64,000 nucleotides of DNA, from positions 95,790,001 to 95,854,000 of the forward strand of contig NC_059430.1 in assembly GCF_021028975.2 (NCBI RefSeq), in the 5' to 3' direction. This document shows, piece by piece, positions 12,133 through 25,104 of this stretch (positions are counted from its first letter, which is position 1; each line of letters begins with the position of its first letter). This DNA comes from Sphaerodactylus townsendi. Its lineage: Eukaryota. The notes under the pieces are model-generated. The model did not search any database and had not been told where the DNA came from. It was given only the letters and a program-made list of their open reading frames with translations. Both the position numbers and the translations under genes were made by a program.

Positions 12133-12305
12133 GAACATAAGAAAGAGCCTGCTGGATCAGACCAGAGTCCATCTAGTCCAGCACTCTGCTACTTGCAGTG
12201 GTCCACCAGGTGCCTTTGGGAGCTCACATGCAGGATGTGAAAGCAGTGGCCTGCTGCTGCTGCTGCTGCTCCTGAGCACCTGGTCTGCTAAGGCATTTGC
12301 AATCT
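12133..12305 (-). mobile_element. CR1 LINE 3' end fragment
   Basis: TTCTTATGTT-type tail on the minus strand; highly similar to the CR1 3' end at 39376-39535; contains a (CTG)n expansion. Confidence 0.7.
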
Positions 12306-13001
12306 ATATGAATGCTAACTTCTTCCCTGAAAAACCAAATGACTAGACAATCCCAAAGCATATGCTTAAGGGATGCACCCTGTGACGTACAGTGCCAACA
12401 GTTAGATGTTTTACTCAGTTCTTTGCTAAAGAGGTAATGTGTTATCCAGTACATCCTAAACATAATTTTTTGCTGAATAAGTCACAACTTAAGATCCATA
12501 GAGAGAGCAGGTGTAAACTTTGCTATATTCTATTGCTTTGGCAAAATAGAGTGATCTTGCTCCATATTTCATTCAGTCCTGAGACTGCATATCATATTTA
12601 TTAATCAACATCAAATATTTATAGACAAATAGTGTACATTTTCTGTATTGATTCAATTCGAGTTTCCAGGAGCAGAGGGGAATCGGAGGCCTTTATTACC
12701 CAAACCATATTTAGATACCAATAAATGTTGCAATTGTAAATATTGCCGTTCAACAGGTTATGTCTTGACCTCAGTTGAGGAAATGATGAAAACTTATCAT
12801 TATAGTCTATCAAATGGTCCAACGTAAAAATCCCCTTTCCATAAAAGAGATTTCTTCCCAATTTTTAGGTCTGGATTGGGGCATACATTTAGCATGTGGA
12901 CTGGATCAAATTGATACTGTCGTGACATTGTGCACCAGTGTTCCCTAGCTGCAGAAATTGTTGAGGAATAGGATCCACTCTAGCATAAATAGACCCAAAT
13001 G

Positions 13002-13142
13002 CAGAGGTGTCCAACTCTGGTGCTTCAAATGTTCATGGAATACAATCCCCATCAGCCTCTGCTGGCATGGCCAATTGGCTATCAGGGGCTGATGGGAATT
13101 GTAGTCCATGAACATCTGAAGCACCAGAGTTGGACACCCCTG
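13002..13142. mobile_element. Palindromic hAT MITE (ACTACAATTCCC family)
   Basis: TIRs CAGAGGTGTCCAACTCTGG / CCAGAGTTGGACACCCCTG; degenerate 8-bp TSD CCCAAATG / CCCTAATT. Confidence 0.8.
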
Positions 13143-13741
13143 CCCTAATTCATTCCACATAGAGGAGCAGCAGACAAGAAGCTGCAAGGAGCAATCCCAA
13201 TAATTAGTAGAAGTTACCAAGTATTCCTGATGATACAAACTGTCATAAGGGAAACCAAATCCTCTTTCTTTGAAAGGGAAGATGATCATAGACCTCAGGC
13301 GTGTTCTAGGGTGGGGGGAGTCTTCTCCCTTATCCCCTGTGATCTAATGAAATAATTCTGCACTGTGTTGTTGTGGCCAGATCATAACTGTGGTTTCTGC
13401 TGTTCCCTACAAACCAGAATTTCTACTCTTGATTTTACACCAGAGTTTGGAATCGTGGTTTGTAGGGAAGCATGCAAGCTGTAGTTTATGGCTTGAATGT
13501 ATCAGTGAGCTGTGATATGTTGCCAAAGCAGACATCTTACATTAAATTGCAGTGGTGGATGAGTCCCAGAATTCCCCAGGACCTTGCTCATGTAATGATG
13601 AACCATTTGGCCTTGTTTATACTCTGTTCAACAAAAAGAACTAAGAACAGTTGTGCGTGCTCCGGTGGAAGTTGGAGCAGCGTGCACCCACATTGTAAGG
13701 TAGCCTGATTCTCTGGGAGAATTTTAAAATCTTATTTAAGT

Positions 13742-14018
13742 GCCGCTTCCATCGAAACTGTTGTTATCTATATCGGGATACACAGCACTTTGATAAAATA
13801 GCATTTATATTGCTCCAGTTGCCTGTTGTTGAGACCTCCCTTCTTGCAAAGTTGCGCCTGCCATTTTCTTTCCTGTTCGTGCCGCGGGAAAGAAAATGGT
13901 GGCTGCGAGTTTGCAAAAAGGGAAATCTTGATAGCAGGCGTCTGGAACAATATAAATGCTATTTTATCAAAGTGCTATGTTTCCTGGTACAGATAATAAT
14001 AGTTTTGTTGGAAGTGGC
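13742..14018. repeat. Long gap-free inverted repeat (134-bp arms) in ELOA intron 1
   Basis: 13742-13875 pairs with 13885-14018 with no indels; perfect 29-bp core 13784-13812 / 13948-13976. Confidence 0.95.
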
Positions 14019-14518
14019 TCTTTAATAAGGTTGGAGAATCGAAGGAGTCGGAAAGCAATCAATATAAAGAAGACCCAGGATGATGTGGCAAATTAATTCA
14101 CACATCTCCTGAGTTCTTTATGTATAGTAATATAGGGTATAGTAATATCTCCTTTAGTTAGACCAACCTGACCTGAGATTCTTAATAAGCTGTGAGTACA
14201 AAGTCACTTTCTCTGACTTTTGGTAACCATTCCTATTCTCAAAGGGATGCTTTGTGATTTTCAAGATCTGGAAAACTGTCATCACAACAACATTTACATT
14301 AAATGCTGTTTTTGTCATCTCTATGTTTAAATAAATAACATGGGATGGACGTATTTATACATCACAGTTGTCTGTCTAGTACATTTTTATCTTGTTTTTT
14401 CTCAGTTTGGAGCAGCAGGCAAAGTGTCCTCCAAACCCTGTTTTATCCTCTTGACAACCTTGTGAGGGAGGTTAGGGCACAAGTGAATGACTGTCCCAAA
14501 CGCCTTTCCCTTCACTTA

Positions 14519-14739
14519 CAAACTCCTTTCCCTTCTCTCCTCACAACAAACACCTGTGAGGTGGGTGGGGTTGAGAGAGCTCCAAAGAACTGTGACTAGT
14601 CCAAGGTCACCCAGCTGGCATGAGTGCACAAGTTAATCTGGTTCACCAGATAAGCCTCGACAGCTCAAATGGCAGATTGGGGAATCAAACTCGGTTCTCC
14701 AGATTAGAGTGCACCTGTTCTTAACCACTACACCAAGCT
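14519..14739 (-). mobile_element. tRNA/CORE SINE (Squam3-type), nested in an older SINE
   Basis: Minus strand A box TGGTGTAGTGGTTAAG and B box GAGTTTGATTCCCC; closely similar to 16889-17189. Confidence 0.75.
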
Positions 14740-14944
14740 TAAGACAGAGTCAGGATTTGAGCCCAAGTCTCTGATCCTGGTTCAATATAGTAACCATTAG
14801 ACTCGACTGTCTCTTCAAAAATTATGGTCTGTACATCAGAACCATCATGCAGATTGGAAAGTTTATTGTGGCAGAACCGGCAGTAACCAGGTCCTAAAAC
14901 CTTGTTATCTTTGGGAGTGTTATATAGTCATTTTACAGTTATTA

Positions 14945-15360
14945 TATATATATTTCGTAGGCCGTCTCATCCTCGAAGGGCTCTAGGCGGTTTACAACAA
15001 TAATTTAAAACACAATTACAAACCTTAAAAACAGTAGCAGCGTACAGAGTCATAAAACAGAATCAACCCAGATTCCCTGTAAGTGGCGCCTGGTCCCAAG
15101 GCTGGGAGGGGCAGCAATGCCAAAAGATGGAATCAGTATAAGGCATTGCTAAAGAAGACAACACATGGCAGGGGTTGCCTTCATCCAGGGGCAGGCCGAG
15201 ATTCAAGCAGCCAGCCTCCGTCCAAAAAAGCTCCATGGGTGTGGAACAACTCCAGTTTGTTGGTACAGACCCTGCAAAACTCACCAAGGTCCTGCAGGGT
15301 CCGAACAGCTGGTGGGGGAGCGTTCCACCAGGCCGGGGCCAGGGCTGTAAAGGCCTGTAA
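14945..15360 (-). mobile_element. L2 LINE 3' fragment
   Basis: Minus strand has GCCTTTACAGCCCTGGCCCCGGCCTGGTGGAACGCTCCCCC (AFTALAPAWWNAPP, L2 C-terminal-like) and the stem-loop tail CCGCCTAGAGCCCTTCGAGGATGAGACGG. Confidence 0.6.
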
Positions 15361-15922
15361 TTCATCATATCTATAAAATTGAATATTTCTGCAATTAGTT
15401 GTTTAAGAAAGACTCTCACTGTTACAGATCTTGGAGGGAATCTTTTATCCTAGATCTTATTCCTATTTTTTTAAAAAAAACTTTATTTCTTCTGCATTTA
15501 AGACATCGCTGCATACAGTATCTCTGAAAGCGCCTCTGAGGCAACAGATCCTTGAGTGGGAGACATGTCTTCCTCTTCTGAGCAGGGTTCACGTACTCAT
15601 TAAAAAAAGGAAATGTTTCTTTCTCACCTAAACATTAATTTCTTCATCAGCCATTCAGTGTTTTTCCCCCCAAGAAGCTGCTTCAGCGGAAACAAAGCAA
15701 GAGGATGTGGGTTTTTTTTCTCTCAGCTCAAAAACACCAATATTTTGGACTAAGCTAAAATTGCCAAATTCCTCCCATGTGGCTGTCATCCTGATAACTC
15801 CATTGATTTTGTTTTATGCCCTTCTGGTATGTCTGCTCCCAGGAAGAGCTCTTTCTTTGTGTTTTGTGATTTGTGAAGAAAAAGAAAATAAACTTATTTT
15901 TTTTTCTCCTTTGTCTTTACAG

Positions 15923-15979
15923 CTGCTAAAAAGCTTGAGGAGACTGTCTGAACTGCCCATAACGGTTGATATCCTTCTG
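15923..15979 (+). CDS. ELOA: Elongin A coding exon 2
   Basis: TTTACAG| LLKSLRRLSELPITVDILL |GTAAGA; 57 nt, phase 0-0. Confidence 0.95.
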
Positions 15980-16411
15980 GTAAGAGCACTTCCGTATTGA
16001 TGATTTTCTTTTTTTAACCGTTAGCCCTGTCCTCTTTCCCGCTTGTTCGTGCTTGCTCATCATGGCTAATAAAATTAGCCGAGGAAGAGGGGATGCATCT
16101 GAATGAGTCCAGGGTCACTTCTGTGTAGAAATGATTCTCTGTATGTCTCTTGTAGCTGCTGCAATTGCAGAGGTGATCATAACAGTAGCGGAGCATCCAT
16201 GTGGAAGCTTTCTTCTCCCTTGGCCTTGGCACTTTGTGGTTGCCATTTGCCCTACCAGAGACTTCAGGCTTTTTTTAAAAAAGTGGTCACTATAGCATTA
16301 TAACAATGTATTGCAAGGATGTACTAGTACCTAGCTTTTGAGAGGGAAGGCAGCATGGAATAGCCCAGTCTTATCAGATCTTGACATCTAAGTAGGTACA
16401 GTACTTGGAAT

Positions 16412-16567
16412 CAACAGTCCCTCTAACCATGGTAGGAAACTGCATGGAAGTTCCCTACCTCAGCACTGAAATGAGCTGTCTGTGGGAGCTCCCCCTGCTG
16501 GCAGCTGCCCAAGCTGCATGGCACCAATACAGTGTCTGCGTGGCCACGTGGCTTACAGGAAACATTG
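16412..16567. mobile_element. hAT-type MITE inserted into the C box of a 5S-derived SINE
   Basis: Degenerate TIRs CAACAGTCCCTCTAA / TTACAGGAAACATTG; 8-bp TSD CTTGGAAT / CTTGGAAA. Confidence 0.55.
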
Positions 16568-16888
16568 CTTGGAAAGAAGACCACCAGAGGCAGGTGATGG
16601 CAAACCACTTCTGCTTAATCACTTTCCTTGAAAGCTCTTTGCCATAAGTTCGCTGGGACTTGGTGGCACTTTATACACAATGACACACACACACACAGCT
16701 TTCTTTTAATAAAAAAAGTCTCTAGCCCTTTTCGTTACAAAATTGTAAGGAGAAATATGCAGTACATTTGTTGCAGTAAATCTTAACATTATAAAGTTTT
16801 AGCTACTGCCAATTAAAAAAAATAGATGGAGGAGGGAAATGGTTGTTGCAGGCAGTGATGTGAAGAGAATAGTGCCACTGGGCTTGAA

Positions 16889-17189
16889 AAGAAGAAGAAG
16901 AAGAAGAAGAGTTCGATTTATATCCCCCCCCCCTTTCTGTCCTGCAAGGACACTCAAAGGGGCTTATAAACTCCTTTCCCTCCCCCCCACAACAAACACC
17001 CTGTGAGGTGGGTGGGGTTGAGAGAGCTCAGAAGAACTGTGACTAGCCCAAGGTCACCCAGCTGGCATTGGAGTGCACAGGCTAATCTGAATTCCCCAGA
17101 TAAACCTCCACAGCTCACGTGGCAGAGCGGGGAATCAAACCCGGTTCCACCAGATTAGAGTGATCTTAACCACTATGCCACTGTGGCTC
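16889..17189 (-). mobile_element. Full-length tRNA/CORE SINE with (CTT)n tail (Squam3B-like)
   Basis: A box TGGCATAGTGGTTAAG, B box GGTTTGATTCCCC, CORE-like CAGCTGGGTGACCTTGGGCTAGTCAC, L2-like tail, and (AAG)n on + at 16889-16910. Confidence 0.8.
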
Positions 17190-17724
17190 CCTACCTACTG
17201 AAGGTAGGTAGGCGCTGACCTTCCTGTTCATGCTATGGACTTCAGCTTTAGTTGCAGTCTTTCCAAACAGATTGCATCAAACCAGGTTTGGGAAAGACTG
17301 CAGCAAAGCATCGGAGGGGTGGTTAGTTTCGTGGAAACAGGATGAATAGTGGATGATATCATGTGAGTGCACCCCGAAACTGTGTTGCCATAGGAAAGCC
17401 AAGGCGGTCCAGGTGGAAACAGCCCAGGACACTCTGAAAGCTACTATTAAGAAGCAGGGTGGGAGTAGTAGCTTGAAAAAGGCTATGCCCCCGCCCCCAC
17501 CAAACTCTCTTTGGGCTTGAAGGATCTTAACAACTGTTCCATACTAGCCAATCCCCTTGTTTAACCTGATCAAGCAGGTTATTTATGAAAACATTTATGT
17601 AACGTAACCTTTGGGGATATTTTAGTGTACATGCTAAAAGAGAGACTAATATTGGGTATCAGTTATTCTCAAACTTAAGTATCAATCCTTCTCAAATAAG
17701 TACGTTTTCTACACCTTGGTGCAG

Positions 17725-17843
17725 GAGACTGGAGTTGGGAAGACTGTGAATGGTTTACGGAAACATGAACTGGTTGGAGACTTTGCCAAGGATCTGGTGG
17801 CGAGGTGGAAGAAGCTGGTGCCTGTCGCCCAGGAAGCAGACAG
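17725..17843 (+). CDS. ELOA: Elongin A coding exon 3
   Basis: TGCAG| [39 protein letters not shown](R) |GTAAAT; TFIIS N-terminal (LW) motif. Confidence 0.96.
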
Positions 17844-19574
17844 GTAAATCCTTGGCTTTGAAGTCCAGAAACTTGTATTTCCCAAATAACAGAGAAGAGC
17901 AGGCACTGAAAATCACTGCAAACAAGACTGAAGCTGATTGGTGTTCTCTTCATTGTGCTTCAGGCCTGATCAAATGTGTGTTATATATTTAGACTTTTTA
18001 AAATCATGCCCATTCTTCAAGAAATCTCTTTCCCCATTTTATCACAACAGCAGCAAAAGGTAGATTAGGCCAAGAATGTGCGACTTATCCAAGGTCACCT
18101 GTGGGGTTTCTCAGGTCATCCTCTGACACATTCTATATAAGGGCTCTGGCAGTTTTTTCCCCAACAGAGTTTCTCAAAGGAGGTACAAAATAGATCAGTA
18201 ATACCATTACAGTTTATGGCTGACATATAATACCTGCCATATTTGGAACGAGTGGTCATAGCAGACTGTAGTGGGCAGGTCTTCAAGATCTTTTTGTCAG
18301 ATCTGGATTCTGTGAATTTCAGTAGGCAGCTTAGGATGGGATAGAGGGTTCAGATGATCTCCTGGAACAGAGATCAGATGGAAATGAATGGGAGGGATCA
18401 GATGGAAGAAGCCTCCCATATCTTCAAGGGTTGCCTGGCATAGACTGGTCAACATTGTGCCAAACATAAAGGAGAAATAGAGCTGGGTGATGGGTGCCTG
18501 TCAATGTTGGTCTACTCTGTACCTCCCAAGGACCTCACCCATCTATTTAAGAAGCATTGAGTGAGTGTTGGATATCAGAAATTGTGGCTAGCTCCCCTTC
18601 TTTGTGTTCCAGGCAGTGATCAATGAGGTGTAGCTGTACAGCTAAACCCACATAGGGCTGTGCCATCTGGACTTCCTCTTTTTTGACCATGCATAGAATG
18701 TGGTGCCAGACAGTTTAAAAAATACATAATATAAAACATTGGCTCTGCAAGTCAATAGAACTTGTATGCGTTTTGCTTAAACTTGCTTGCTGTCCAGTGT
18801 TACTCAGAGCTTGGTTTCTTAGATTTTAAGTAACTCGGAACTTCAAGGGTAGGAGAAATAGACTGTCTTCAGTTTTTAGGTAATGTAAAGGAAGGTGGAA
18901 GTTCTGCTCATCAAGGTTGGCATCTTTCATAGATACTTTTGAAAATCTGCCAGGTGTACCTTCAGTCATGAGGGCTAGAAGCCTTGTTTCAAAAATCCAA
19001 AGACTGTAGTTCTGACTTCTGTGTTGAGGGATGACATCTGCATTCTTTGCCTCCAACAAACAGGGTAGAATGAACTTCCCCACTGAGTTCACATAATCCT
19101 TCTTTTGGGTTCTCTTGATTAAGAGGGGTCTTAGTCAGTGGGCTACAGGGGCAGCTGCCCTTGGCCCCATGCTGAAGCGGGCCTCAACCACCCACAGCCC
19201 AACTCCCAGGGGAGAGGGAAAAAGACGCAACAGAGCAGGCTCCTGCTGCCGCCGCTTGTACCCACCCTGTCTGGGGCTTGGACTCCTCGCTTGCAGCAAC
19301 AGCCACTTACTCCTGCCCCATCTCGGACTTGGGTGGCCAGCTCAGTGCCAACTGCTTGTCCAGGGCTCTGGCAGCCAGCTTCTGGTTACGGCTACCATCG
19401 AAGCAATGGTGCATGGAGTCAGGGCAACGCCTTGGTTGAGCCTAGTGGGGGCAGCAGTGATTCTGGGGCCCATTCTGAACCACAGAAGCGTCAAGACCGC
19501 CCCTGCTGTAGACCTGTCCATCTCGTTCCAATAACTCTCTCTTTGTCTCTTTCACCCTCTCTTCCCATCTCAAG

Positions 19575-20769
19575 GAATAACCTTGAACCTGAAGAACGCA
19601 ACTACGACCGGAGCAGCTCTAGGAAACGGCAGCGGGACCCATCCCCCAAAGAAGAGGAAGAGCTCGAGCAGGACTATCCAGAAGCCTACCAGCCTTCCTG
19701 CAGCCAGTCATATGAGCCAGACTGTGGGACAAAGAAGCCCAAAAGGTACTCCAAGCTAGAGAGACCCCAACTGACTGTGACCTGTGGCACACCAGAGGGC
19801 AGGACGTGGGGCAGAGAGTCTCCCCTGCTCTCCTCGGATCAGGAGTGCTCTGACTACGGCCACCCAGTTTCACCCACGCTGAGCGAGAGCCCTCAGGAAT
19901 TATCCCCAGACCTCTGCATAGTTGAGGAGCGGGAGCCGAAGGGCCTTCACCGGAAGGCTAACAAGGACAGGCCAGAGGGGGGTCACAGTCGGGCCCTCGG
20001 GGAGCCCCAGGACAAAGCCAGCTTGAGCTGGGGCAGAGAGCATAAATCTTCCAACAAGGAAAAGCAGAGGCCAGAGGCCAAGGCAGAGGAGAGGGTCCTG
20101 GCGTTTAGTACGGAGCGGCTTCACAAGGGTTCTTCCAAAGAGCCGCTCCGAGACGCTTCTTTGGCCGGCTGCAGCAAGGAGAGGCTGAAGGCTGTGAACA
20201 GCACCAAGCCAGAGAAGAAGAGAGAAGGCGGAAGCTCAAAGAAAGAGAAATCGCTGCACGGTGACTTTGAGGAGGCTCTGGGCAACCACGTCAAGAAGCA
20301 GAAGCTCCTGGAGCCTGAGCCAGTCAAACCCAAGAAAGCCAAGCAGAGTTCGGAGGCCTCGCACGGCGATCGGGAGAAGCGGAAACCAGAGAAGGATTCC
20401 TCCAATAAGAATAAAGAGAAAATGGCTTCTGGCGGCGTAAAAACCACAGAGGGCAAATCCAAATCATCTGATTCGAACAAGAAAAGAGCCAGCTTCTCCC
20501 TCTCCGATTTTGGGGAAGGGGAAGGGGAAGATGAGTTTGAGAAGCCGACAATGTCCTTTGAGAATTACCTGATGTATGACCAGCCTCAGCAGCACAAGAA
20601 GAAAAAGAAGAAGATGCCAGTCAAGCCCCCGGTATCTGCCCCTGTCAAGGACCGAGAGCACGGCAAGCAGAACGGGTCCAAGTCTAGCGCCAAGAGCTCC
20701 GACTCCAGCCGAAAATCCCACAAGCAGGTGGGCGAGAAGAAGCAGTCAGAGGCATCCAAACCAACAAAG
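19575..20769 (+). CDS. ELOA: Elongin A coding exon 4 (large exon)
   Basis: CTCAAG|G acceptor after a pyrimidine tract; NNLEPEERNY...EDEFEKPTMSFENYLMYDQP...SKPTK |GTAAGC; 1195 nt. Confidence 0.95.
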
Positions 20770-21119
20770 GTAAGCCAAGCGCCGTGGCAGTGTACCTGAG
20801 TTCTGGGAAAAGATTTTGCCCAGAAGTGGCTTGGTTGTAGAACTGTGTGTGTGTGTGTGTGAGAAAGTGCATTTGGGAGGGACTGTTCAGGTTGTTCAAG
20901 GTATTGTGTCAGAGAAGTGTAAGATGCTTTTGAATTATACCCAGTGGACCAAAATCTCAGAGGAAAATCCTCTTTTCCTTAGAAAAAGGGAGTAATAAAC
21001 TACTTAGACTGCTAGCTGAGCACAGATGAACTTCCTGCAGGGAAATATCCATTTGCCCAGCTGCCAGAAGACGGCAAGATGGATGGCTGTTTGAATGACC
21101 TGAGTGGGGCAGGAAAGGA

Positions 21120-21510
21120 GCTGTCAAGTCACATCTGACTCATTGCAACCCTCTGAATCATGTCCTCCAAAACGTCCTATAAGTTGTTCAGATCTTGCAA
21201 GCTGTGGATCGAGACTTCCTTTATCGAGTCAATGCACCTCGTGATGTGTTTTCCTCTTTTCCTGTTGCCTTTGATTTTTCCTAGCATTGTTTTCTTTTCC
21301 AATGACTCTTGTCTTCTGATGTGACCAAAGTATGACAGCTGCAGTTTAGTCAGTTTAGCTTTTAGGGGCAGTTCAGGCGCTATTTGATCTAGAACCCACT
21401 TATTGGTCTTTTTGGCAGTTCATGGTATCTGTAAAACTCTCCTCCAACCCCACATTTCAAAGGAATTGATTTGCTCCCTGTCAGCTTTCTTCATTGTCCA
21501 ACTTACACAC
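21120..21510 (-). mobile_element. RTE-clade LINE 3' fragment (degenerate)
   Basis: Minus strand translates approximately to WTMKKADREQINSFEMWGWRRVLQIP..AKKTNKWVLDQI..LSYFGHIRRQESLEK..MLGKIKGNRKRGK, typical of an RTE/Bov-B ORF C-terminus. Confidence 0.8.
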
Positions 21511-22481
21511 ACACACACACAGAAGGAGGCTCAAGGTGATGCCGAGGTAACATCTGTGCCTCTAAAGCTTGGGTGTGCATAAAGTGCTGTCAAGTCATAG
21601 CTGATTTATGGCAACCTCAGCAAGGGACTTTAAAGGCAAAAGATTAATCAGTGGTGGCTTGCCGTTGCTTTCCTCTGCAGAGTCGTTCTTGGGGTTACCC
21701 TTCCAAGCACTGACCCTGCTTATCTTCCAAGATCTGACAAGATCAGGCTATACCAGGCTGCCTTTCCTCTCCCTATTGTAACAAAACAAAACGGGTCCAG
21801 TGGTACCTTAAAAGGCTAAAACAACATTCATGCACTATGATCACTTGCCCAATCCCATCTTTTATTTGATGCTTGTTCAAAACTTAACATTTTAATCGTC
21901 CTTAACACTATTTTGTAGACTGTTATATTTTCCAACCCCTGGTCCAGGAGCAGAAGCAACCAAATCACCAGACTTACAATAAAATTGTCTCCACCTGAGA
22001 GTGAATGAACCTGATGGTTGCATAGTTGTGGTTACACCTTTGCCCTGGATTCTGAGTAGGGATTCTTGGGAAATGGCTCAATTCTACTGCATTTGTTGAA
22101 ATTTTGCCAGGCTATCATTACTTGCAAAACAAAGTTGATTTTGTAATTCCCCCTGCCCCTGAACCAATGAAGTGTGTTGTTCTTCTGAACATCATCTGTT
22201 GGTACCTGGCTGCCTTTGTCCATGTTTGCAAACAGTGACTCAGTTGGTTGCCTGAGGTGAATAATAATTGCCTCTGAGCCCCCCCCCTCCACCCCCCAGT
22301 TCAATCAGGCTGAGAAACTTTTGCAAATGGGAAGAGATTCCCCCCCTTCCTGTAAACTGTCTAATTGTGTGAGAGAGGAAATGTTGGCTAGTAAATATTT
22401 TTGTGGACTGGTAGCTTTTTTGGGAGGTGGGTGCAAGGCTTGTGTTTATACAATGTGAACTCTTGTTTTTCCCCCTTCCAG

Positions 22482-22596
22482 ATCCCCATTGATGTGGTGC
22501 CAACACTCCCTGACATACCCTTGCCCCCGATCCAGAGTTCCTACCGCCCTCTTCCTTCACTGGATTCGCTCCCCCTCAGCCAGCCAAAAAAGAAAG
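22482..22596 (+). CDS. ELOA: Elongin A coding exon 5
   Basis: TTCCAG| [38 protein letters not shown] |GTAATT. Confidence 0.95.
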
Positions 22597-23800
22597 GTAA
22601 TTTTTGGGATGAGAATCAAATGGAACCTATTTGACCAAGTTCTTTTAGTGTTCTTTGATGCAGGAGAGAGATGTTGGATCGATTTTTTAAAAATCTTTTT
22701 GCGAATGTATTTATTTCCCTTCCCACCAAATACTCCTGCTTACAATAATGAAAATATTGAATGAATCTGACAATGGCATCATTAAAGTACAGACTTTTCC
22801 TGTAATGTGTAACAGTCTGATTTCTAGAAAGGTTGGTGTACGTATGCATGTGAATACCATCAAGTCACAGCCAACATATGGTGACCCCAACAAGCAGTTT
22901 TCAAAGCAAGCAAGAAACAGATGTAGTTTGCCATTGCTTTTCTCTGCACAGCAACCTCAGTCTTACCTGGTAGTCTCCCATCCAAGTCCTGACTGAGGCC
23001 CACCCTGCTCTGCTTTTGAAATCTGACCGGATAAGGTTCTCCCATGGTGCCACCAAGTGCTTTTAGAAAGGGGGAGGGGCTAGGTGGGGCGTTTGCCCAG
23101 GAGGGCTTCACATTGACTAATTGGCCATGCTGGCAGAGGCTGATGGGCATTGTAGTCCATGAACATCTGGAGTGCCATAGGTTCGCCACCACTGGACTAT
23201 GCTAATGAAAAGGCATCTTGTTAAACAAGGCTTCTGCCTGAAATGTCAAATTACTGTTAGGGATGTGTTTCTGTATAACCTCACTACTGACATTTTGTGG
23301 TTTTCTTGTAACAGTCATTTTGTGATTCTCCACCTCCTGTGACTGCCATTTTGTGACTGTGCCCGCTGTTTTGTGTCACAGTTCTAAAGGTGCCCACAGG
23401 CTCGAAAAGCTTGGAGGCGCCTGGCCTTTACCATGGCACTTCCCCTGCTGAGGCGGCATAGCAAGGCCAAGTGCAGCTGCTTTGCAAAGGCCTCTTGGAA
23501 TGGAAATTTTTGAGCTTGCTTTCAAAAGACCGTTAAAAATGAGCTTGCTTCCTTTAACCTTTTGTTGTTGGGTTTTGCCTCGTGGGGTCATTTAACGGAC
23601 TACTGCTGGACTAGTTAGATTTCAGTCTCATCCAATGAAACCTTTTTAATCCTTTGAGGATGCAGTCATCCAGCCATTGTCAGATTGCCTTTGACTGTCT
23701 GCACTTGATCTTTGTGCTGAATCTTGAGATTTGACAGTAATGCATCTCTCTCTCCCTTCCATACACACACAGACACAGACTTTATTCTCTTGTTTTGCAG

Positions 23801-23956
23801 CATTGTCCTCCCCCACAGAGGAGGATGAAGCAGGTTTCACAGGACGCAGGCTGAATTCTAAGATGCAGGTGTATTCAGGATCCAAGAGCGCCTACCTCCC
23901 AAAGATGATGTCTCTGTATGAACAGTGCATCCGAGTCCTCAGCAATAATATCGACT
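23801..23956 (+). CDS. ELOA: Elongin A coding exon 6 (BC box)
   Basis: TTTGCAG| (A)[51 protein letters not shown] |GTGAGT. Confidence 0.97.
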
Positions 23957-25006
23957 GTGAGTATTGCTTGTTGGGTGCTCCGGGTGGCTATTGTTGGTTG
24001 AATTCTGTACTGCTGTTGCTCTAAGACTTCAGCAGTGTGAGTTTTCTAACTACCTATGTCTGCCAGCTAATGGCAAAAGAGATGCAGGTATTTGGAGAGG
24101 AGAAGCGGTGTATGGGAGGGAAAGTCTGTGTGCGTGCCTCACTTTTTCCCTCGCTCGGGGTCAGCAACCTTTGACAATGGAAGAACTAGAGTATGGGAAA
24201 CCAGAGCAAGTGGTCAACAAAGAGCTGGTATAAGAAAGACCATTTCGTAATAACTAATTGTAACATTAGCGAGGATTGACATGGTAATTCATAATCCATA
24301 ATGTTTCTGGAGCCCGAATGGTGGTCGGAACTGGTACACACAGGGTCATGCAGTAGTAATAAATATACACAGAAGCACCCTGCTCAGTGATTTTAGTGCA
24401 CTGGCATAGATCAGCGCATGACTTGCCTTTGAATTCCTGGCAGCTGTTAACGTCTATCGTTTCCCCTTCCCCTTCATCTCTAGAGAACCCTTCAGATTTT
24501 GTTTCCATTGCCTTTCACAGGTTGGTTCTTCTAGCATCCCACTCACCTTTCCAATAAACCTGCAGGATTTCATATTCTTTTTTAAGGAGCCATATTTGGT
24601 TCTGGACTGAGACACACAGGCTGAAGACCATTGTAAACAGCCATACTGGCCCTTGAAAAAATCCAGGACAAGAAAAAAAATTCATGCAACACCTTTTTAT
24701 TTAATCCATGTAACACCTTTTTGTGAGAAGCTTATCAAAACTCTTTCCCAGGCCAGATGGGGTTTTTTTTAATGAAGGAGGAAGAAAGCAAAATTTCCAG
24801 GTCAAGATCTTAAGACTGTCTCGCCAGTCATTGTTAGAAGCTGACAAGCTCTCATTACCGTAGGTGTGAGATAACAGCAGTTGCAGCAAGATTCTCCCAG
24901 GTCTTAGTTGGACATTCTGACCACTAATACCATACTTGCTCGTGATACATTTGTGACCCTCTGGGTTTTTTTTGCCCCAACACATGTTTTTCCCTTTTCT
25001 GCATAG

Positions 25007-25104
25007 CAATTTATGAAGTGGGTGGAGTTCCTTTTGCTGTCCTGGAACCCGTCTTGGAGCGATGCACCCCAGAGCAGTTATGCCGCATAGAGGAGTGTAA
25101 TCAT
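25007..25104 (+). CDS. ELOA: Elongin A coding exon 7
   Basis: GCATAG| (S)[32 protein letters not shown] |GTGAGT. Confidence 0.96.

Noticed and set aside
13768-14025. Two opposite-strand ORFs both containing LEQYKCYFIKVLC (looks like a paralog or toxin-antitoxin pair)
   Set aside because: Artefact of the DNA palindrome.
19138-20799. 553-aa ORF as a standalone gene
   Set aside because: It is ELOA exon 4 (19575-20769) plus stop-free intronic flanks; it starts at GTG, not ATG.
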